DNA of 64,000 nt, from assembly GCA_963821605.1 (NCBI GenBank), contig CAWGEZ010000033.1:9645-73644 (forward strand). Direction: 5' to 3'. Of this stretch, positions 58,860-64,000 are shown piece after piece (the first letter of the stretch is position 1; the number at the start of each line of letters is the position of its first letter). The notes under the pieces are model-generated. The model did not search any database. It had not been told where the DNA came from and saw only the letters and a program-made list of their open reading frames with translations. This DNA is from an uncultured delta proteobacterium (lineage in GTDB: Bacteria; Desulfobacterota; Syntrophorhabdia; Syntrophorhabdales; WCHB1-27). A program made the position numbers and the translations under genes.

Positions 58860-60422
58860 TTACCCCTCCGGATGCAAAACCATCTCAATAAGGTGCGGGC
58901 CCGGTTCTGCGAGCGCAATGCGCAGTTCCCGCGCCAGACTCTTCAGCCCCGGTGACAGAGACGGCCGGCACCCCGAGCCCCCGGGAGACGTTTACCCAGT
59001 CGATGGATGGACGATCCAGCTCGATGACTCTTCTTGCAGCGGAGCCGGGTGATGTGACGCCGTCCCGGGCGAGTTGATTGCGTAGAGCGTTGTATCTCCG
59101 GTTGGCAAAGATGAGGGTCGTCACGTTGAGGCCCTCCCGCGCTTGAGTCCAGAGTGCCTGTACCGTGAACATGGCGCTGCCGTCCGCCTGCAGGTTGATT
59201 ACCGGCCGATCGGGAGATGCAACAGCTGCCCCCACCGCGCAGGGCATTCCCCACCCGATTGTGACTCCCGCCGCAGTAAGAAGGGTGTGCGGTGCCACTC
59301 TTGGGGTCATCGGATAGTAGGCCCAGGTAGAGGTGATCCCTTCATCCACGATAATCGCGCCTTCAGGCTGAAGGGCTGCCACTGTCCGGCAGGCCTTATC
59401 GACGGTCAGTCTGCCCTCGGGCACGTCAGGCGGCTGCAATTCAGCGATCAACCCGGCCGGCAGATGAGAATTGCCGGGTGCACCAAGGGCCTCAGCCAGC
59501 CGCTCCAGCGCCTCCACGACGTCCTGTCCCGGGGCAGCAAGGGAGACCTTTTCGCTGCTCTTTCTTGAGAATTCTGCTGTCGAAGCCCTGCCAGACCGGA
59601 AAATGTCACTGGTTCGTTCATACCTGCGAGCACCACGCCCCGGTACTTGAGCATGTTTTGCTGGCCGGGGAGGTGGGCAGTACGCTGCACAACGGGCAAA
59701 CCTGCGCCACGCTCCCAACATGTGGGAAATATCTCCGTGAAAAGGTCGCAGCCCGTGGTTGCTTTGATGCGGGCCGCAGCGGCGAGGCCGCTCTTGCCCA
59801 GGGCCTTCCCTCCGAGCATGAGAGCCGTCGTGGAGTGTTCTTCTTAACAGCGCGCTCGCCCTCTCGATGATGCGTCTGATCAACCGTCTCCAGCGAGAAG
59901 CGGGTCAGGCCCGCCACGTTCTCATTCGACTCGGCCACTTGATAGTCTTGCGGCACGATGAGCGTTGCTATTTGTCCGCGCAAAGCCGCTGCTACAGCTT
60001 CCGCCACGTCGCGGGAGACTGTTTCGGGCGACCCGGTTTTGCGGTACCATCCCGATACGGTGGCAGCCAGGGCCTCGATATCCAGGTGAAAGGAAGGGTT
60101 TTCCGCACGGTGCCAGGTGGCATGATCGCCGATGACGTTGAGCACGGGGTGTCCGCGCCTGTTGCGCATTGTGAAGGTTGGCGATCCCGTTTGCCAGTCC
60201 CGGGCCCTGGTGAAACAGGGTCATGGCAGGCTTGTCCAGAATGCGCCCATAGCCGTCCGCAGCTCCTGTACACACGCCCTCGAAAAGCCCAAGGATAGTC
60301 CTGACCCCCGGCACTGCATCGAGTGCCCTCACCAGCGGCATTTCTGTGGTGCCCGGATTGACGAAACAGACCTCAATCCCGGATGCGATGGCAGTCTTTA
60401 CAAGGAGTTCAGCTCCATTCAT
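58860..60422 (-). pseudogene. thiamine-pyrophosphate enzyme (acetolactate synthase / benzoylformate decarboxylase family), at least 5 frame changes, high GC
   Basis: [34 protein letters not shown].. at 60422 (GGAGGAG ribosome-binding site). Fragments are in ORFs 59922-60440, 59618-60169, 59448-59819 and 58885-59883 (..GWGMPCAVGAAVASPDRPVINLQADGSAMF TPP-binding motif). The inferred end is ..HLIEMVLHPEG* at 58860. Confidence 0.7.
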
Positions 60423-60529
60423 CCAATCTCCTCCAATCAATCAATGTGACGGTGAGTTAGTATAGTGGGTTTGGAACGACTTGGCAATACGGTAGGCCTA
60501 ATACTCTTGACCGCCCGGTCGGACAGAGC

Positions 60530-61034
60530 GTGACGGGCTCCACCTTGACGTCCCGGTACGATCTTCTGTTGCCCCGGGACTGGCTTGATGATGTGGATCT
60601 GGAAACCACTAATATGGGAGCTTGGCAGCGGCTTTCCGTGAATGGAAGTCCTGACAAGTACATCGCTTTCGGTGTGGCAAAAGTTGGCCGCTACGGGCTT
60701 CCTCAAATACATGGCGTGACGAGCGGACAGGCCTTTTTCATCGCTGGTGATTTGGGCTCTGGCCCCAGGGCGGCGACGTTTTTCGCACGTGAGCCTAGCC
60801 CCCTGGCTCGGCCAATGGCACAACTTCACGCTATCGGCCGAACCGGCAACAGGCATGGCTGCACTTTACGTTGACGAAAAGCTCGTGGCGCAGGTCGATC
60901 TGGGTGAGGAGATCGCGGACGTTTTTCAGGTCAGCTTTGAACATCAGCATCAGGCGGTCTGCGGACCCATTCCGAAGGTTGTCTTCTTTGATGGCGCAGG
61001 AGAACTACCGCCCGGACCGGCGATAGCTAACTAA
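60530..61034 (+). CDS. hypothetical protein, possibly a LamG/concanavalin-like fragment (frame-shifted)
   Basis: ORFs 60530-60874 and 60747-61034; ..WHNFTLSAEPATGMAALYVDEKLVAQVDLG.. resembles a LamG-type strand pattern. Weak evidence. Confidence 0.25.
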
Positions 61035-61112
61035 AGGCGAACTCGCATTGCCTTGTGATTGTGAGTGCGACTCGACTCACGCGGAGCAAAGGGGAGATCT
61101 GGCCGCACTCTT

Positions 61113-61259
61113 ATACCGATTTGCATTCAAGATGGAGACCGAGGCGGCAGGTGAGGAGACGACGCAGGCGTACTCGATGTACGTCGAGGAAAGCGATAGC
61201 GCAGCATCCTGTAAGGACGCAGCGACAACGAAGGTATACGCTTGAAGGCAAATCGGTAT
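61113..61259. repeat. CCTTACAGGATGCT element family, full copy C
   Basis: Outer inverted repeat ataccgatttgcattcaag (61113-61131) / cttgaaggcaaatcggtat (61241-61259), 18/19 match. The core has the cgtac-tcgat-gtacg hairpin and gcgatagcgcagcatcctgtaagg. The right arm touches the amidohydrolase stop (61259-61261). Confidence 0.8.
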
Positions 61260-62267
61260 TACTTGAGTTTTAGCAGTCTTCGGGCGTTGCCATCGTAGAT
61301 CGCTTGGCGCTCCGCGGGAGTGATTGCCAGACTCTCTAGCACCTCGATGCCCCACCGGATGAAAGCCGACCCTTTTTCAGGGTCGAATGGTGCATCGGTT
61401 GCGAAGAGCGTTCTCTCGGCTCCAAAAAATTTGAGACCGAGCAGGGTAGCATCCCGGGCTCCGCCCAGGGCCGTATCAGCATAGAACATGCGGAAGTAGT
61501 CTACGGGCCGCTTCTTCAGTTTTTTCAGGAGAAGCGAATAATCCTCGTCCGACGTTCTTGAACCCAATTGGTCCCAGCCGGGGCCTACACGCCCCTCAAA
61601 GTAGGGGATCATAGCGCCCATGTGATGGGTGATGATCTTGATATCAGGGTGGCGGTCAAAGAGGCCGGAAAAGACGAGATGCGCCATGGCCACGCTCGAT
61701 TCGTAAGGCCAGCCCAACACCTGCCAGATCTCATAGCGGCTCTTTGTCTCGCTTTTGTAATCGGCAAAATCGGCCCCACGATTTGGGTGAAGCCAGACGG
61801 GACGGTCCAATTCGGCCATGAGGTCGAAGAGTGGCATGGTCTCCGGCCTGTCAAGGGGCCGGCCCAAAACATTCGTCGGCACCTGTACGCCAACAGCACC
61901 AAGCTCGCGTACTGCCCTCCCGGCCTCCGCAAGGAGCCCTTCGGGATCATTCATGGGAAGGGAAAGCAACGAAACCTGGAAAACGCTCCGGATACTTGCT
62001 CACCAGTTCAGCCATGCCGTCGTTCGCCAGTCTCGCCATCTCCGTTGAGACGGGCGGCGGGCCAAATGCCTCGATGGGCGGGGCTCCAAGACAGATTACC
62101 TGGACATAACCCTCAAAACTATCCATGATCCTGAACCGTTCATTAAGATCCACCACCGCCGGGATTTCCCGCATCCGCTTGAGAATATCTTTGCCCTTTG
62201 GTGAGATGCTGAGCATCTTGTCAAAATAGGCTTTTGGAAATATGTGGTTGAAAACATCGATCTTCAT
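61259..62267 (-). CDS. amidohydrolase-2 family enzyme (ACMSD/LigW-type non-oxidative decarboxylase-like) (1 frame change near 61960)
   Basis: MKIDVFNHIFPKAYFDKM at 62267 (GGAGG ribosome-binding site), in ORF 61947-62411. The body in ORF 61259-61969 has ..PVWLHP.., ..IITHHMGAMIPYFEGR.. and ..FATDAPF. Confidence 0.75.
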
Positions 62268-62328
62268 GCCGAGCCTCCGGAAGGCGACGTGATGGGTATA
62301 AGCGTACCTTACCATAAAACAGGTCTGG

Positions 62329-63138
62329 TCATCCCCTGAAATCTCTCGGGATCGGGGCGAAATCCTGTGCATCAGGCCAGAACCTGTTCTTCGGCTCGCA
62401 ACCAATGACACCTTTGCGACAGAGCTCTGACCGCCATTCGTATTTCAGAACGATCTTTTCGACAGCGGCGCGCTCAGGCTCGAAGTCGACAATGCGGACA
62501 GGAGAGTAAGTTGTCTCGCCGAATCCGGTACCCGCTTGTTCGCTCTTCTTTTCGACCCTATCGTAAGAACGGCTCTCCAGAGAAGCAGAAGGCGCCGCAC
62601 CGGCGGGCGCCTCGTTCATTCGGGAGGGTCTGCCGGAATAAGGAATCGGTTCAGGAAGCTTTTCCTTGTACACGGCGAGTGCAATAGTGCCCATCGCCGA
62701 GGCATCGGAAAATACCTTTTCTGAATAAGAGTCAGATTGCTCGGTGAAGTAAAATCTGTTCGTTTTGTCCATGCCTGTTCGCCAGCCTTCGAAGCTGTTT
62801 GTTTCGTAAGGGCCGAGAATATACATACGCTCACTCCGCTGCAAGACTGATTTCTTGCCGTCAATGATGTTTCTTCCATCGACTGCGATTACCACGCCGA
62901 TACGCCTGTCTGATCTGTTGGTGACCTGAACCGCGTACCTCTCCCCCTTCGCTGCTTCGACATAGAAATAGGTGCCGTCTTCACGGACGCGCGGGTAGGT
63001 CCTGTACTTTGTGAACTCTCCTCCATGGTCTGACACGACGCGCACGTCCACTACATTCGCCTTTCCCGCATGAGCGCAAGCCGACACAGGGATGGCCAAT
63101 ACCAGAAACAATAGAGCCAGAAACATCTTTCGTACCAT
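62329..63138 (-). CDS. secreted hypothetical protein
   Basis: 269-aa ORF with signal MVRKMFLALLFLVLAIPVSACAHA and a beta-rich body. I recognise no family. Confidence 0.45.
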   Translation of the reverse strand: MVRKMFLALLFLVLAIPVSACAHAGKANVVDVRVVSDHGGEFTKYRTYPRVREDGTYFYVEAAKGERYAVQVTNRSDRRIGVVIAVDGRNIIDGKKSVLQRSERMYILGPYETNSFEGWRTGMDKTNRFYFTEQSDSYSEKVFSDASAMGTIALAVYKEKLPEPIPYSGRPSRMNEAPAGAAPSASLESRSYDRVEKKSEQAGTGFGETTYSPVRIVDFEPERAAVEKIVLKYEWRSELCRKGVIGCEPKNRFWPDAQDFAPIPRDFRG

Positions 63139-63344
63139 AACGTTACCTCCTCAAGTTTTTTGTTTCTGCTCTGTTTGACAGCAGAGCCAGGAAAAAAGTT
63201 CCCGGGTTTTTGCAAATTTGTGGATCTCCAAATTGACATTCGACCGTTTTGTGCTCATCTTATACAACAAAGGCAAAACTGAGCTGTTCCGGTGGAAGCC
63301 TTGCGCCGGGTAGATAGAGATCAAGAAAAAAATGGAGGCGAGCG

Positions 63345-63866
63345 ATGATCCCCAAAATCCAAAAGATTCTTTACGCTACCGATCTCACGAAGAACTCATC
63401 GTATGCGTTCTATTTTGCGGCGGATATGGCACGAAAACATGACGCAAAAATCGTGATCCTGCACTGTATAGGGACGATTCCTCCTTCGGTATATATGGAA
63501 GCAGGTTTCTCGAATGCAGAGCGGGTCTTGGAAAGGGCGAAAGAGCAGGAGAAAGAGGAAGATATTGCCGAGATCAAGAAGCGCCTGGAGGAATTCTGTC
63601 AAAAGGTGGAAGCGCAGATCGGCCCGCCGTGCGCAAACCTGGTATCCGGTGTTATAGTCAAGGCGGGCTATCCGGTGGAAGAGATCCTCAACACAGCGGA
63701 CGGAGAAGACTGTGATGTGATTGTCCTCGGGACCCACGGAAAAGGGCTGCTGAGGCAGGCGTTTCTCGGGAGCGTTGCCCGTTCAGTGCTGGAGAGGTCC
63801 CGAAAACCAATCTTCATCGTACCGCTGCCGTCTGAGAAAGCCAGTATCGACTGGGCTGCGGTCTGA
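63345..63866 (+). CDS. universal stress protein (UspA family)
   Basis: 173-aa ORF with KILYATDLT.., DVIVLGTHGKGLLRQAFLGSVARSVLERSRKPIFIV (ATP-binding G-2x-G-9x-G[ST] type motif). Confidence 0.85.
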   Translation: MIPKIQKILYATDLTKNSSYAFYFAADMARKHDAKIVILHCIGTIPPSVYMEAGFSNAERVLERAKEQEKEEDIAEIKKRLEEFCQKVEAQIGPPCANLVSGVIVKAGYPVEEILNTADGEDCDVIVLGTHGKGLLRQAFLGSVARSVLERSRKPIFIVPLPSEKASIDWAAV

Positions 63867-64000
63867 GCGCGTTTAATTTAGGCTTTTCTGAAGCTAACGA
63901 ATCCATATGGTCTGGAACCCGGTTTGCCAGAGCGGGCGGTTCCAGCATCTTTCCTTCAACCGTTTTTTCAGTTGCAAAGTAGCCACAATTGCATCAGAAT

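Overview
This 64-kb window looks like a bacterial chromosome of moderate GC. Gene content and synteny resemble an anaerobic Deltaproteobacteria/Desulfobacterota-type organism, but that is inference only. I can support about 60 protein-coding genes. I found no rRNA, tRNA or CRISPR array. Housekeeping genes: HNH-HIT-phosphorylase, rarA-yhaM-rsmE-RDD, dprA-topA-trmFO, gap, ndh, cca, mnmG, carA-carB. Envelope and stress genes: OmpA-like lipoprotein, MscS, MipA, DUF2254, DUF4136, UspA. Aromatic-acid-type catabolism genes: a PaaK-like CoA ligase with an IclR regulator; two TRAP transporters flanking a UbiD-family decarboxylase and a class II aldolase-like gene; an amidohydrolase-2 decarboxylase; and a TPP enzyme. 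Four observations stand out. (1) A dense family of intergenic structured repeats built around CCTTACAGGATGCT has a conserved core and a central CGTAC-loop-GTACG hairpin. In the three full copies the outer arms differ between copies but are perfectly complementary within each copy, and all three abut stop codons. (2) A co-directional cluster encodes two diverged ArsA/Get3-like ATPases plus two paralogous small proteins I cannot assign to any family. It lies next to cstA and a DUF763/EF-Tu-domain-like/PhoU-like/cca block, and it is my best candidate for an undescribed system. (3) Composition is mosaic, with single-gene high-GC patches, a lower-GC orphan patch and an IS3 remnant. (4) Roughly one third of the genes, including essential ones, are interrupted by single-base frame changes. 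This most likely reflects indel errors in the assembly rather than biology, so all pseudogene calls here are provisional.
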